This document shows, in pieces, positions 10,350 to 20,497 of a stretch of 64,000 nucleotides of DNA (its first letter is position 1; each line of letters starts with the position of its first letter). The notes below the pieces were generated by a model, which saw nothing but the letters and a program-made list of their open reading frames with translations, was not told the origin of the DNA and searched no databases. This DNA is from Flaviramulus sp. (GTDB lineage Bacteria; Bacteroidota; Bacteroidia; Flavobacteriales; Flavobacteriaceae). A program made the translations under genes and the position numbers. The stretch spans positions 77,685 to 141,684 of the forward strand of contig JANQTJ010000037.1 of the NCBI GenBank assembly GCA_030731745.1, given 5' to 3'.

Positions 10350-11096
10350 TTGGGCTTTATGAAAGTTTTTAAATATATTTTTTGGGTTTTATACAGAGTT
10401 TGGTTTTACATTCTTGTAGCTCTGCCAATACTAATCATGTTTCCAATTCTTTTAATTTCTATTTTAAAAGAATCTTGGTATCATTTCTTTTTTAAGATTG
10501 CTAGAATTTGGGCAAAATTCATTTTAATAGGTATGGGGTTTATTTATAAGATAGAACGTCTCCAAACGCCCGAAAAGCATAAAAGCTATATGTTTATAGC
10601 CAACCACACCTCGATGGCAGATATTATGCTTATGTTAGTTTCGGTTAAAAATCCTTTTGTTTTCGTTGGTAAAGCGGAGTTGGCTAAAATACCATTATTT
10701 GGGTTTTTCTATAAACGCACCTGTATTTTGGTAGATAGGAGTTCTCCCAAAAGCAGGCAAGCTGTTTTTTTAAGAGCTCAAAAACGATTAAAAACAGGTG
10801 TGAGTATTTGTATTTTTCCTGAAGGAGGTGTTCCAGAAGAACATATAATTTTGGACGATTTTAAAGATGGTGCCTTTAGGTTGGCAATAAACCACCAAAT
10901 CCCAATTGTTCCTGTAACCTTTGCTGACAATAAGCAACGTTTTTCATATACTTTTTTTAGTGGAGGACCTGGTAAAATGCGAGTCAAAATGCATAAATTT
11001 TTATCTACTGAAGGAATGACTATTGATGAGACTAAATATTTAAATAAAAAATCTAGAGATGTTATTTTAAAACAATTAGAAGGGTTTAATATATAA
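10350..11096 (+). CDS. 1-acyl-sn-glycerol-3-phosphate acyltransferase family protein
   Basis: Has the HX4D motif 'NHTSMADI' and the 'FPEGG' block. The track start is TTG, so the ATG at 10359 is an alternative start. Confidence 0.85.
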   Translation: MGFMKVFKYIFWVLYRVWFYILVALPILIMFPILLISILKESWYHFFFKIARIWAKFILIGMGFIYKIERLQTPEKHKSYMFIANHTSMADIMLMLVSVKNPFVFVGKAELAKIPLFGFFYKRTCILVDRSSPKSRQAVFLRAQKRLKTGVSICIFPEGGVPEEHIILDDFKDGAFRLAINHQIPIVPVTFADNKQRFSYTFFSGGPGKMRVKMHKFLSTEGMTIDETKYLNKKSRDVILKQLEGFNI

Positions 11097-11124
11097 AAAC
11101 TGCTCCTGGGAGAGAGCAGTTTTC
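11096..11124. terminator. Bidirectional intrinsic terminator between convergent genes
   Basis: Hairpin AAAACTGCTC-CTGGGAGA-GAGCAGTTTT, with an A-run on one side and a T-run on the other. Confidence 0.6.
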
Positions 11125-11173
11125 TTGATATTTCTTCAAGAGTTTAAAAAAATATCGAGGTCTAACCAAAAAC

Positions 11174-12688
11174 CTAAAATTTAATAGCAAATCCAGTATA
11201 AACACCAATAAAAAATGGCTTAAAATTACCTGAAGTATTTTTGAAAGTATTAATCTGATATTTAAACATAGGTTCTAAATTCAAATCAATTTTTTTAGTC
11301 ATTTTATAGTTAAAACCTAACCCAAAATTAGCACTATAACTTAATTTATTTATATTATTTGCTTCACCCACAAAGGTTCTAATTCCATTTTCTGTTTCAG
11401 AGAAGATTTCATTATTATTTAAAAAGAACGAGCTAAAACCACCAATAAAATTAACCCCCAATTTTTTATCAGTCAGCGTATATTGAATTTCTAAAGGAAT
11501 TTCAATATAACCCAATGCTTGATTAATGGAAGTATTTGAAGTTATAAAACTTCCAGGGATTTCTGAATTATTTAAATTTCCTGAGCCAATGACAGAGGCA
11601 CCGTTATTCGAAATATTATTAGAATCTATATTTTGCAATGCACTGGTTGGAGCAGGACCAAGAGATTGAAAAACAACAACGTCATTAGTATTATATCCTA
11701 AATTAACTTTATTGATTCCAGAGCGAATACTAAGTTTGTTGTTTATCGCATAGCTTGCAGAAATACCATAACTCATGTTTAAATCTCCGCTTTTTGCATT
11801 TTTATTAAACTGCGGATCAATGGATGAACCTTCTCCTAAAGTATTAAAATATACGGGAGCAGCATTAGGGGCTATACGCCACTTGTTTTGGCTTGTTTTC
11901 TCATCTGCAACAACTTCTTTATTTTTTTCTAAAACCTCTTCAATTGTCAGTGTTTTACTCTCTTTTTCCAGGGTTGCTTTAGTTTCTGTTTTAGTGGTTT
12001 TTATATTAACAATAGCTTTGTTATTTTTTAGGGTATTCTTTAAAAGTTCCCCGGCTTTTTCTTTGTTAATTATCGATTCATCATTTTTGTTTTCTGTATT
12101 GTTTGATTCAGCAACTGATGTATTATAATTTATGTTGTTTTTGAGTGCTTTATCAATTATTTTTTCTTCAGAAAGATTTGCAATGTCAGTTTTGGAAGAT
12201 GTGTTTTTATTTTTAGTATTAGCATTCGTTTTTAAAGAGGTATTAACTTTACTTTCATTTTTAGAATTTGATACTAAGGTTGTTGCCGATTCTTTTGAAG
12301 TATTTATTTTATTTTGTATTGATTTATTATTAACCTTTTCTGAGTCACCTTTTGAGTTTGTATTATCAGCGATAACCGTTTTGGTTTCATTATTGGGCTT
12401 CTTTGATTCATTGTTTTTATTATTAATAATTTCTAAGGGAACTTCATCATTTTCAACAACTTGAATAATAGTTGAATCCTTACTAATATTTAAATAACCA
12501 ACAGTTATTAGTAACAATAACAAAGCTGCTACTCCAGCATAACGCCACCAAATTGGTATAACACGACGTTTCTTCTTTTCGCCCTTAAGCTGACTTTCAA
12601 TGTTTTCCCATACGCTATCGTTAGGAGTGACTTCAAAATCTTTGAAACCTTCTTGAAAAAGCCTGTCTATGTGTTTTTTATCATTCAT
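11174..12688 (-). CDS. Anti-sigma-like membrane protein with a low-complexity linker and an outer-membrane-barrel-like C-terminal domain
   Basis: Starts immediately after the ECF sigma stop. The soluble N-terminus is followed by one TM helix ('IPIWWRYAGVAALLLLLITVGYL') and about 200 aa of N/K/S/T-rich linker. The C-terminal roughly 230 aa has a beta-strand pattern and ends '...GFAIKF'. Confidence 0.6.
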   Translation of the reverse strand: MNDKKHIDRLFQEGFKDFEVTPNDSVWENIESQLKGEKKKRRVIPIWWRYAGVAALLLLLITVGYLNISKDSTIIQVVENDEVPLEIINNKNNESKKPNNETKTVIADNTNSKGDSEKVNNKSIQNKINTSKESATTLVSNSKNESKVNTSLKTNANTKNKNTSSKTDIANLSEEKIIDKALKNNINYNTSVAESNNTENKNDESIINKEKAGELLKNTLKNNKAIVNIKTTKTETKATLEKESKTLTIEEVLEKNKEVVADEKTSQNKWRIAPNAAPVYFNTLGEGSSIDPQFNKNAKSGDLNMSYGISASYAINNKLSIRSGINKVNLGYNTNDVVVFQSLGPAPTSALQNIDSNNISNNGASVIGSGNLNNSEIPGSFITSNTSINQALGYIEIPLEIQYTLTDKKLGVNFIGGFSSFFLNNNEIFSETENGIRTFVGEANNINKLSYSANFGLGFNYKMTKKIDLNLEPMFKYQINTFKNTSGNFKPFFIGVYTGFAIKF

Positions 12689-13240
12689 TTATAGTGATTG
12701 TGAATGGTTTTTTGTTTTGTAATGTTCTATAGTTTGTTTCAAAATTTGTCTAGCTCGGGCTAAATTTGATTTTGAAGTTCCTATGTTTATCTCTAGTATG
12801 TTGGCTATTTCCTTGTGAGAATAGCCATCTAATACATACATATTAAAAACTAAGCGGTATCTGTCTGGTAATTCTTGAATTATTTTTAGAAGGTAATCAA
12901 TAGATAATGAGTCTTCATCAATTTCTAATTCAACTTCTTCAATGGTGTTTTCATTTATTAAATCAAAAACTTTTTCGTTGCGATAACGTTGCAAAACAGT
13001 ATTTATAGTTATGCGTTTAAGCCAACCTTCAAAAGAGCCTTTGTTTTTATATTGTTCAATTTTTTCAAAAATCGTTAAAAAAGCATCTTGCAAATTATCT
13101 TCAGCTTCTGCATAGTTGCGCGAATACTTTAAGCATGTAGCGAACAATTTACTCGAAAAGAGTTTATATAAATCGCTCTGTGCTTTAGTATCATTAATTT
13201 TACAATTTTCTATGAGTTGATTTAAACTCAAATTAAACAC
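12689..13240 (-). CDS. RNA polymerase ECF-type sigma-70 factor
   Basis: 183 aa. Region 2 is 'EDNLQDAFLTIFEKI' and region 4 HTH is 'GYSHKEIANILEINIGTSKSNLARAR'. Confidence 0.9.
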   Translation of the reverse strand: MFNLSLNQLIENCKINDTKAQSDLYKLFSSKLFATCLKYSRNYAEAEDNLQDAFLTIFEKIEQYKNKGSFEGWLKRITINTVLQRYRNEKVFDLINENTIEEVELEIDEDSLSIDYLLKIIQELPDRYRLVFNMYVLDGYSHKEIANILEINIGTSKSNLARARQILKQTIEHYKTKNHSQSL

Positions 13241-13261
13241 ATATTAATTAATACTTATACC

Positions 13262-13669
13262 TCATTCAATTACTGGCACTTCAATGGTTAAATATATAGG
13301 ATCTCCATTTTCATCCTCTCCTTGCCAAAATTTAAAAATATATGATCCATTACTAGTTACATTAAAATTAAAAGTAGCTTCTACTAATACATTTTCAATG
13401 ATTTCACAATTATTAGCTTTAAAAACATATGTTATTGGGGCTACAGTACGTTGGTTGTTTTCTTTGTAGTAATAAAAATTTTTAAAACTATGACATGTTG
13501 AAGGTCTTAAATATGAAACTGTAATTGGATAGGTTTCCCCTAGTGTAAACTCCGTTGGAATATCTACACTATCTATTGGTAAAACTTCTAAATTAAATTC
13601 AGTAGCATCATTATCAACACTACACGACATAGATAACACAAGAAAACAAAGTACAAAAATTTTTTTCAT
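13262..13669 (-). CDS. Hypothetical lipoprotein
   Basis: Has a signal peptide with lipobox 'LSMSC'. I recognise no motif. It lies upstream of, and co-directional with, the sigma/anti-sigma pair. Confidence 0.5.
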   Translation of the reverse strand: MKKIFVLCFLVLSMSCSVDNDATEFNLEVLPIDSVDIPTEFTLGETYPITVSYLRPSTCHSFKNFYYYKENNQRTVAPITYVFKANNCEIIENVLVEATFNFNVTSNGSYIFKFWQGEDENGDPIYLTIEVPVIE

Positions 13670-13746
13670 AGCAAATAAATTTGGGCATTAATAAGTGTTT
13701 GCTCTTTTTAGATGCTTGTGTTTTAAAAAGGTTGCGTTGAAAACTA

Positions 13747-13772
13747 AAAAATCCCGAATTAACGGGATTTTT
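13747..13772 (-). terminator. recA intrinsic terminator
   Basis: Hairpin AAATCCCG-AATTAA-CGGGATTT lies 4 nt beyond the recA stop and is followed by a T-run on the minus strand. Confidence 0.7.
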
Positions 13773-13775
13773 AAA

Positions 13776-14777
13776 CTATTTTCCAGAGATTATCCCTCTT
13801 ACTTTGGCCTCGAGTTCGTCACTAAGTTCAGGGTTATCTTTTATGAGTGCTTTAACAGCATCGCGTCCCTGTCCTAGTTTAGTATCATCATAACTAAACC
13901 AAGAACCACTCTTTTTAACAATATCTAGTTCAACAGCTAAATCTAAAATTTCGCCTACTTTACTAACACCTTCACCATACATAATATCAAACTCAGCGGT
14001 TTTAAAAGGTGGGGCAACTTTGTTTTTAACTACTTTAACTTTGGTTTTATTACCGGTAACATTTCCGTCGGTTTCTTTAATCTGAGTAGAACGACGAATG
14101 TCTAATCGAACAGAAGCATAGAATTTTAAAGCATTACCTCCAGTTGTCGTTTCTGGATTTCCAAACATAACTCCAATTTTTTCACGTAACTGGTTAATAA
14201 ATATTACGGTACAATTGGTTTTACTTATGGATGCCGTTAGTTTTCTTAAGGCTTGAGACATTAAACGTGCATGTAAACCCATTTTTGAGTCTCCCATTTC
14301 GCCTTCTATTTCACTTTTAGGAGTTAAGGCAGCAACAGAATCTATTACTACAATATCAATAGCCCCAGAGCGAATTAAATTATCTGTAATTTCTAAAGCC
14401 TGTTCACCATTATCTGGTTGGGAAATGATTAAATTATCAATATCGACTCCTAATTTTTCAGCATAAAATCTATCAAAAGCATGTTCTGCATCAATAAATG
14501 CAGCTATACCACCAGCTTTTTGTGCTTCCGCAATAGCGTGTAAGGTTAATGTGGTTTTTCCTGAAGATTCAGGGCCATAAATTTCTATAACACGTCCACG
14601 AGGATATCCTCCAACACCTAATGCAATATCTAAACCTAATGAACCAGATGGAATGGCATCAACATCTACAATTGCAGAGTCACTCATTTTCATTACTGTT
14701 CCTTTTCCGTAGGCTTTATCAAGTTTGTCTAATGTAAGTTTTAGTGCTTTTAATTTAGCTTCTTTTTCGCTGCTCAT
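13776..14777 (-). CDS. recA: Recombinase RecA
   Basis: 333 aa. Has Walker A 'GPESSGKTT' and the blocks 'FIDAEHA' and 'VVIDSVAAL'. Confidence 0.98.
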   Translation of the reverse strand: MSSEKEAKLKALKLTLDKLDKAYGKGTVMKMSDSAIVDVDAIPSGSLGLDIALGVGGYPRGRVIEIYGPESSGKTTLTLHAIAEAQKAGGIAAFIDAEHAFDRFYAEKLGVDIDNLIISQPDNGEQALEITDNLIRSGAIDIVVIDSVAALTPKSEIEGEMGDSKMGLHARLMSQALRKLTASISKTNCTVIFINQLREKIGVMFGNPETTTGGNALKFYASVRLDIRRSTQIKETDGNVTGNKTKVKVVKNKVAPPFKTAEFDIMYGEGVSKVGEILDLAVELDIVKKSGSWFSYDDTKLGQGRDAVKALIKDNPELSDELEAKVRGIISGK

Positions 14778-14952
14778 TTATATATTGTTTTTTATGAAGT
14801 AATGGATGCTAAAATACTATAACTTTTCTCAGAATACAATTTTATAACGCAACCTTTTTAGACATTTTGCATCTTATTTTAAAAGAAGAAAATCATTGCT
14901 ATGAAATTTTCTTAAAACGGTTTGAAAATTAGACTAACTCAAGCTTATTAAT

Positions 14953-14983
14953 AAAGCACTTAAGAATATTAAGTGCTTTTTTT
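14953..14983 (+). terminator. Orphan plus-strand intrinsic terminator upstream of the trhO promoter
   Basis: GCACTTAA-GAATA-TTAAGTGC forms an 8-bp stem followed by 7 T. No plus-strand ORF lies upstream of it. Confidence 0.6.
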
Positions 14984-15015
14984 GTGCAATAAATTGACTT
15001 ATTCCTTTAAAATTG

Positions 15016-15023
15016 TACTTTTG
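15016..15023 (+). promoter_or_regulatory. -7 box TACTTTTG for trhO
   Basis: Matches TAnnTTTG about 42 nt upstream of the ATG, with a TTG about 19 nt further upstream. Confidence 0.45.
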
Positions 15024-15064
15024 TTTCTTTAAAAATATTCTTTAACCTTATAAATTAGTATAGC

Positions 15065-16138
15065 ATGCAACTGTACAATAAACTAAGCGCAAAAGAAAGA
15101 TCTGAATTAATTGACAAAGCAGGAAAAAGTCGATTAACACTTTCTTTTTACCAATACGCCAAAATTTTAAATCCTCAAGATTTTAGAGATCAACTTTTTA
15201 TAGTTTGGAATCAACTAGACGTTTTAGGACGTATTTATGTTGCATCCGAAGGCATTAATGGGCAGTTATCACTGCCAGCAGATCGTTTTAATGAGTTCAA
15301 AAAAAATTTAGACACGATAGATTTTTTAAAAGGAATTCGTTTAAATATTGCAGTTGAGCAAGATAACAAATCCTTCCTAAAACTTAAAGTAAAGGTGCGT
15401 GATAAAATTGTTGCTGATGGTTTAAATGATGATACTTTTGATGTGCGAAACAAAGGAATTCATGTTGGGGCTCAGAAATTTAACGATCTTATTGAAGATG
15501 AAAAAACAGTTTTGGTTGATATGCGTAACCATTACGAAAGTGAGATTGGGCATTTTAAAAATGCTGTGACTCCAGATGTTGATACCTTTAGAGAATCACT
15601 TGATGTTATTGAAGAAGATTTAAAAAATTATAAAGAAGATAAAAACCTAGTGATGTACTGTACAGGTGGTATCCGTTGTGAAAAAGCTAGCGCTTATTTT
15701 AAGCATAAAGGTTTTAAAAATGTGTATCAATTAGAGGGTGGGATTATTGAATACACCAGACAGGTTAATGAACTAAATCTCGAAAATAAATTTATAGGTA
15801 AGAATTTCGTTTTTGATGAACGCAGAGCTGAAAAAATAAGTGATGCTATCATAGCACAATGCCATCAGTGTGGAGCACCTTTTGATGTGCATACTAATTG
15901 TGCAAACGATGCTTGCCATTTATTATTTATTCAATGTGATGCTTGTAAAGAAGAGATGCATAATTGCTGTTCATCCAACTGTAAATACATACATGCTTTA
16001 CCATATGAAGTGCAAAAGGAACTGAGAAAAGGACAAGGAAATAGCAATGATATATTCAAAAAAGGAAGAGCCAACCATTTAACTTTCAAAAAAGACTTAA
16101 GAAATATCTTTGATGTTTTACAAAAGAAAAGCATTTAA
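15065..16138 (+). CDS. trhO: Rhodanese-domain tRNA uridine(34) hydroxylase (UPF0176/TrhO family)
   Basis: The N-terminus 'SFYQYAKI...GRIYVASEGINGQLS' matches the family. The rhodanese active-site loop is 'CTGGIRCE'. The tail is Cys/His-rich. Confidence 0.85.
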   Translation: MQLYNKLSAKERSELIDKAGKSRLTLSFYQYAKILNPQDFRDQLFIVWNQLDVLGRIYVASEGINGQLSLPADRFNEFKKNLDTIDFLKGIRLNIAVEQDNKSFLKLKVKVRDKIVADGLNDDTFDVRNKGIHVGAQKFNDLIEDEKTVLVDMRNHYESEIGHFKNAVTPDVDTFRESLDVIEEDLKNYKEDKNLVMYCTGGIRCEKASAYFKHKGFKNVYQLEGGIIEYTRQVNELNLENKFIGKNFVFDERRAEKISDAIIAQCHQCGAPFDVHTNCANDACHLLFIQCDACKEEMHNCCSSNCKYIHALPYEVQKELRKGQGNSNDIFKKGRANHLTFKKDLRNIFDVLQKKSI

Positions 16139-16300
16139 GTTTATTTGTTTCTAGTCTTTAGAATAATCTTATATTTACATCGAGAACATGTTTTAATAGA
16201 CGATTTTTAAATCCATTACAAAACAACGGTTTTCAAATATTTTTTAAGAACCTTCATTCGTAATAATTTAATTTATTAACGAATTCAATATATAAAATAT

Positions 16301-17485
16301 ATGGCTTGCGCTAGTTGCTCAACAAAAGACGGCTCTCCAAAGGGCTGCAAAAATAACGGTACTTGTGGTACAGATAGTTGCAATAAACTAACTGTTTTTG
16401 ATTGGTTAGCCAACATGTCGCTTCCCAATGGTGAAAAACCATTCAATTGGGTTGAGGTACGATATAAAAATGGCAGAAAAGAATATTATCATAATACTGA
16501 AAATTTAACTTTAAGTATTGGAGATATTGTTGCTACTCAAGCACAATCTGGCCATGATATTGGAATGGTAACCCTTACGGGAGAACTAGTACGCGTTCAA
16601 ATGAAACGTAAGAACATTCCAGAAAATATTGAAGAAGCCTTAAAAATTTATCGAAAAGCAAGCCAAAAAGATATTGATATTTGGTCTGAAGCAAGAGATA
16701 AAGAAGAGCCAATGAAGGTAAGAGCGCGTCAATATGCGATTGATTTGAAACTTCAAATGAAAATTTCAGATATCGAGTTTCAGGGCGATGCTAGTAAAGC
16801 AACTTTTTATTATACAGCCGAAGATCGTGTAGATTTTAGAGAACTTATAAAAGTTTTTGCTCGTGAGTTTAGAACTCGAATAGAAATGAAACAAGTAGGT
16901 TTTCGTCAAGAAGCAGCAAGACTCGGAGGAATTGGTTCATGCGGTCGAGAATTATGTTGTTCAACATGGTTAACAGATTTTCGTTCGGTAAGTACATCAG
17001 CTGCCAGATACCAACAACTTTCTTTAAACCCACAAAAATTAGCTGGTCAATGTGGTAAATTAAAATGTTGTTTAAATTACGAACTCGATACCTATTTAGA
17101 TGCTTTAAAAAGTTTTCCTAAAACAGATATAAAATTACTAACCGAAAAAGGTTTAGCAGTATGCCAAAAAACCGATATTTTTAAAGGTCATATGTGGTAT
17201 GCTTATGAAGGAGAATGGATGAATTGGCATAAAATAACAATAGAACAAGCCAATGAAATTATTGAAATTAATGGTAAAAATAAAAAAGTTGCTAGCTTAG
17301 AAGATTATGCGTCAAACCTTACAGAAGATACTAAAACAGAGTTTGAGAACGTTGTAGGTCAAGATAGTTTAACACGTTTTGATAGTCCAAAACCATCAAA
17401 TAAACGTAAATCTAACAGAAACCGAAATAACAGAAACAAAAACAATAAAAGTAAACCTCTAAAAACAAATAATGATACGAAGTAA
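16301..17485 (+). CDS. PSP1 domain protein (RicT/YaaT-like)
   Basis: The N-terminus is Cys-rich ('CASCSTKDGSPKGCKNNGTCGTDSC'). The PSP1 core has 'GSCGRELCCSTWL' and 'GQCGKLKCCLNYE'. The tail is basic. Confidence 0.8.
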   Translation: MACASCSTKDGSPKGCKNNGTCGTDSCNKLTVFDWLANMSLPNGEKPFNWVEVRYKNGRKEYYHNTENLTLSIGDIVATQAQSGHDIGMVTLTGELVRVQMKRKNIPENIEEALKIYRKASQKDIDIWSEARDKEEPMKVRARQYAIDLKLQMKISDIEFQGDASKATFYYTAEDRVDFRELIKVFAREFRTRIEMKQVGFRQEAARLGGIGSCGRELCCSTWLTDFRSVSTSAARYQQLSLNPQKLAGQCGKLKCCLNYELDTYLDALKSFPKTDIKLLTEKGLAVCQKTDIFKGHMWYAYEGEWMNWHKITIEQANEIIEINGKNKKVASLEDYASNLTEDTKTEFENVVGQDSLTRFDSPKPSNKRKSNRNRNNRNKNNKSKPLKTNNDTK

Positions 17486-17975
17486 TGCGATGTTATTTTT
17501 TTTTATCTTTTCTTTTATAGGTTTAGTGTCTTGCGACTCAAATCGTGTTTTCGATAGCTATAAATCAGTTTCTAATAAATGGCATAAAGATTCTGTAATA
17601 AGTTTCGAAATAAACCCTCCAGATTCTATAAATACTTATAATTTATTTGTTAATTTAAGAAATACAAATGCTTATAAATACAATAATTTGTTTTTAATTG
17701 TTGAAATAGTTTATCCACACGGAAAAACAACAAAAGACACTTTAGAGTATAAAATGGCAGAGCCTAACGGTAAACTCTTAGGAGCTGGTTATACCGATAT
17801 TAAAGAAAATAAATTATGGTATAAAGGTTATGAATCTGAATTCATTTTTATAGAACCTGGCATCTATAAAGTAAATATCCAGCATGCCATGCGAGAAAAT
17901 GGAAAAGTAAATGGTGTTATAGAATTGGAAGGTATAACAGACGTGGGTTTTAGAGTAGAAAAAACAGATAATTAA
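17472..17975 (+). CDS. gldH: Gliding motility lipoprotein GldH
   Basis: About 160 aa with lipobox 'LVSC' then 'DSNRVFDSYKSV...WHKDSV', as in GldH. It sits between the PSP1 and PBP1A genes. An alternative start is at 17490. Confidence 0.7.
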   Translation: MIRSNAMLFFFIFSFIGLVSCDSNRVFDSYKSVSNKWHKDSVISFEINPPDSINTYNLFVNLRNTNAYKYNNLFLIVEIVYPHGKTTKDTLEYKMAEPNGKLLGAGYTDIKENKLWYKGYESEFIFIEPGIYKVNIQHAMRENGKVNGVIELEGITDVGFRVEKTDN

Positions 17976-18040
17976 ATGTCACTTTGGTTGATTCTTATTT
18001 TTAAGAATTCTATCTAGAAGTATTTATTAAATTAAAGTAC

Positions 18041-20380
18041 ATGGCAAAATCAAAAAAAACAACAATTCAAACTCAAGATTTTTCAAAATATATCCGATGG
18101 TTTTGGATGCTATTTTCAGGAGGTATTTTTTTTATATTATTATTATTTTTATTAGGTTCTTGGGGCGTTTTTGGTGAAATGCCAGACCATACACTTTTAG
18201 AAAATCCTAAAACTAATTTAGCAACCGAAATTATCTCTTCAGACGGAAAAACACTAGGAAAATTTTATTATAACGATAATAGAACACCTGTAAGTTACGA
18301 TGAATTACCACAACAATTAGTGGATGCATTATTAGCAACTGAAGATGCTCGTTTTCAAAAACACTCTGGTGTTGATACTCGTGGAACACTAAGAGCTGTT
18401 TTTAAATTAGGTAGTGGTGGTGGAGCCAGTACCATATCTCAACAATTAGCAAAGCAACTATTTCATGGCGAAGGTTCTACTAATATCGTTGAACGCTTAT
18501 TGCAAAAAGTTAAAGAATGGATTATTGCAATACGTTTAGAGCGTCAATATACCAAGGAAGAAATTATAGCACAATATTTTAATATTTACGATTTTGGAAA
18601 CAATGCCGATGGTATTCGTAGTGCTTCCAGAATATATTTCAATAAAGAACCCAAAGAATTAAAGATTAAAGAATGCGCCATGTTAGTTGGCATGTTTAAA
18701 AACTCCTCATTATACAACCCTAGAAGAAATCCTGAAGGTGTAAAAAACAGACGAAATGTTGTTTTGGCTCAGATGTATAAATATGATTTTATTGATGAAA
18801 AGATAAAAGATTCGCTCCAAAATACAGAATTGGATTTAGATTATTCACCTGAATCTCACAGAGAAGGTATTGCAACTTATTTTAGAGGCTATTTGGATGG
18901 TTTTATGAAAGATTGGATTAAAAATAATCCAAAACCAGATGGTACAAAATGGAATCTTTATAATGATGGTTTAAAAATTTACACAACTATTGATTCGCGC
19001 ATGCAAAAATATGCAGAAGATGCTGTTCTTAAACATATGCCAAGGTTACAAGCTGAGTTTTTTAATCAAAATATACCACAAAGAAATCCAACTGCACCCT
19101 TTTCAGATTTAGATCTTAATGAAATTAATGATTTACTAAATCGCTCAATGAAACAGTCAGAGCGATGGAGGCATATGAAATATGATTTGAAAAAGACAAA
19201 TGAAGAAATTATTGAGTCATTCAATAAACCTGTTCAAATGGGTGTTTTTGCTTGGATAGATGGCAAAGCTTCCGAAATAGATACGATTATGAAGCCTTTT
19301 GATTCTATGCGTTATTATAAATCTTTTTTAAGACCAGGTATGATGTCCATGGATCCTCAAACAGGACATGTTAAAGCATGGGTTGGTGGCATGAATTATA
19401 GACACTTTCAGTATGATATGGTAAAACAAGGTAAGCGTCAAATAGGATCTACTTTTAAGCCATTAGTTTATACTGCTGCTATTGATCAATTGCATTATTC
19501 ACCATGTGATCAATTTCCAGATACACCTTTTTGTATTGAGGCTAATAAATTTGGAAACCCAGAGGAATGGTGTCCTAAAAATTCTGGAGGAGATTATGGT
19601 GGACAAAGAACTTTAAAAGATGCTTTAGCAAATTCAGTTAACACCATTACAGCAAGATTAATTGATAAAGTGGGTCCTCAAACCGTTGTTGATTTAGCTA
19701 AAAAATTAGGTATAGAATCCGAAATGCTTCCGGTGCCATCCATTGCATTAGGAACACCAGACATTAGTGTCTATGAGATGGTTGGGGCTTATTCGGCATT
19801 TGCAAACCAAGGAGTTTATACTAAACCAGTAATGGTCACCAATATTGAAGATAAAAACGGGACTATTCTTTATCAATTTAAACCAGAAACTCGCGATGTG
19901 ATTAGCGAAGAAACAGCTTATGTAACCGTTAAACTTATGGAAGGTGTTACCCAAAGTGGTTCAGGAGTGAGATTAAGAGGAAAAGGTGCGGATGCTTACA
20001 GAGCTGATTACAGAGAAATTGTAACAGGTTACCCCTATGAATTTATAAATCCTATTGCAGGAAAAACAGGAACAACACAAAACCAAAGTGATGGCTGGTT
20101 TATGGGCATGGTGCCAAATTTAGTTACAGGTGTATGGGTAGGTGCAGAAGACAGATCAGTCCATTTTAAAACCATAACTTACGGTCAAGGAGCAGCTATG
20201 GCATTACCTATTTGGGGATTATATATGAAAAGTTGTTATGCAGATATAGAATTAAATATTTCAAAAGAAGATTTTTTAGCTCCAGAAAATCTTTCAATAA
20301 ATATTGATTGTTCAAATACTTCAGATACAGAGACTAATAATGAAGATGATGAAAATCTAGATGATTTAGATTTTGGATAA
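18041..20380 (+). CDS. Class A penicillin-binding protein (PBP1A, transglycosylase/transpeptidase)
   Basis: Has the GT51 motif 'EDARFQKHSGVD' and transpeptidase motifs 'STFKP', 'SVN' and 'KTGTT'. There is an N-terminal TM anchor. Confidence 0.92.
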   Translation: MAKSKKTTIQTQDFSKYIRWFWMLFSGGIFFILLLFLLGSWGVFGEMPDHTLLENPKTNLATEIISSDGKTLGKFYYNDNRTPVSYDELPQQLVDALLATEDARFQKHSGVDTRGTLRAVFKLGSGGGASTISQQLAKQLFHGEGSTNIVERLLQKVKEWIIAIRLERQYTKEEIIAQYFNIYDFGNNADGIRSASRIYFNKEPKELKIKECAMLVGMFKNSSLYNPRRNPEGVKNRRNVVLAQMYKYDFIDEKIKDSLQNTELDLDYSPESHREGIATYFRGYLDGFMKDWIKNNPKPDGTKWNLYNDGLKIYTTIDSRMQKYAEDAVLKHMPRLQAEFFNQNIPQRNPTAPFSDLDLNEINDLLNRSMKQSERWRHMKYDLKKTNEEIIESFNKPVQMGVFAWIDGKASEIDTIMKPFDSMRYYKSFLRPGMMSMDPQTGHVKAWVGGMNYRHFQYDMVKQGKRQIGSTFKPLVYTAAIDQLHYSPCDQFPDTPFCIEANKFGNPEEWCPKNSGGDYGGQRTLKDALANSVNTITARLIDKVGPQTVVDLAKKLGIESEMLPVPSIALGTPDISVYEMVGAYSAFANQGVYTKPVMVTNIEDKNGTILYQFKPETRDVISEETAYVTVKLMEGVTQSGSGVRLRGKGADAYRADYREIVTGYPYEFINPIAGKTGTTQNQSDGWFMGMVPNLVTGVWVGAEDRSVHFKTITYGQGAAMALPIWGLYMKSCYADIELNISKEDFLAPENLSINIDCSNTSDTETNNEDDENLDDLDFG

Positions 20381-20404
20381 TCTTATTTTTTAACTTAAAA
20401 TTGT

Positions 20405-20431
20405 AAACCATTCTTTTTAGAATGGTTTTTT
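20405..20431 (+). terminator. PBP1A intrinsic terminator
   Basis: AACCATTCT-TTTT-AGAATGGTT followed by a T-run. Confidence 0.7.
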
Positions 20432-20497
20432 ATTTGTTAAAATCTCTGACTTCTGGTTCAATTATTCGTAATTTTATGATGCATAAAATGATTTATA

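Noticed and set aside
11775-12464. Two plus-strand ORFs (117 and 110 aa) lie antisense to the anti-sigma-like gene.
   Set aside because: They lie opposite the N/K/S/T-rich low-complexity linker, and antisense of AAx/ACx/AGx-rich codons is naturally poor in stops. The products are F/L/S-rich nonsense, so this is a compositional artefact.
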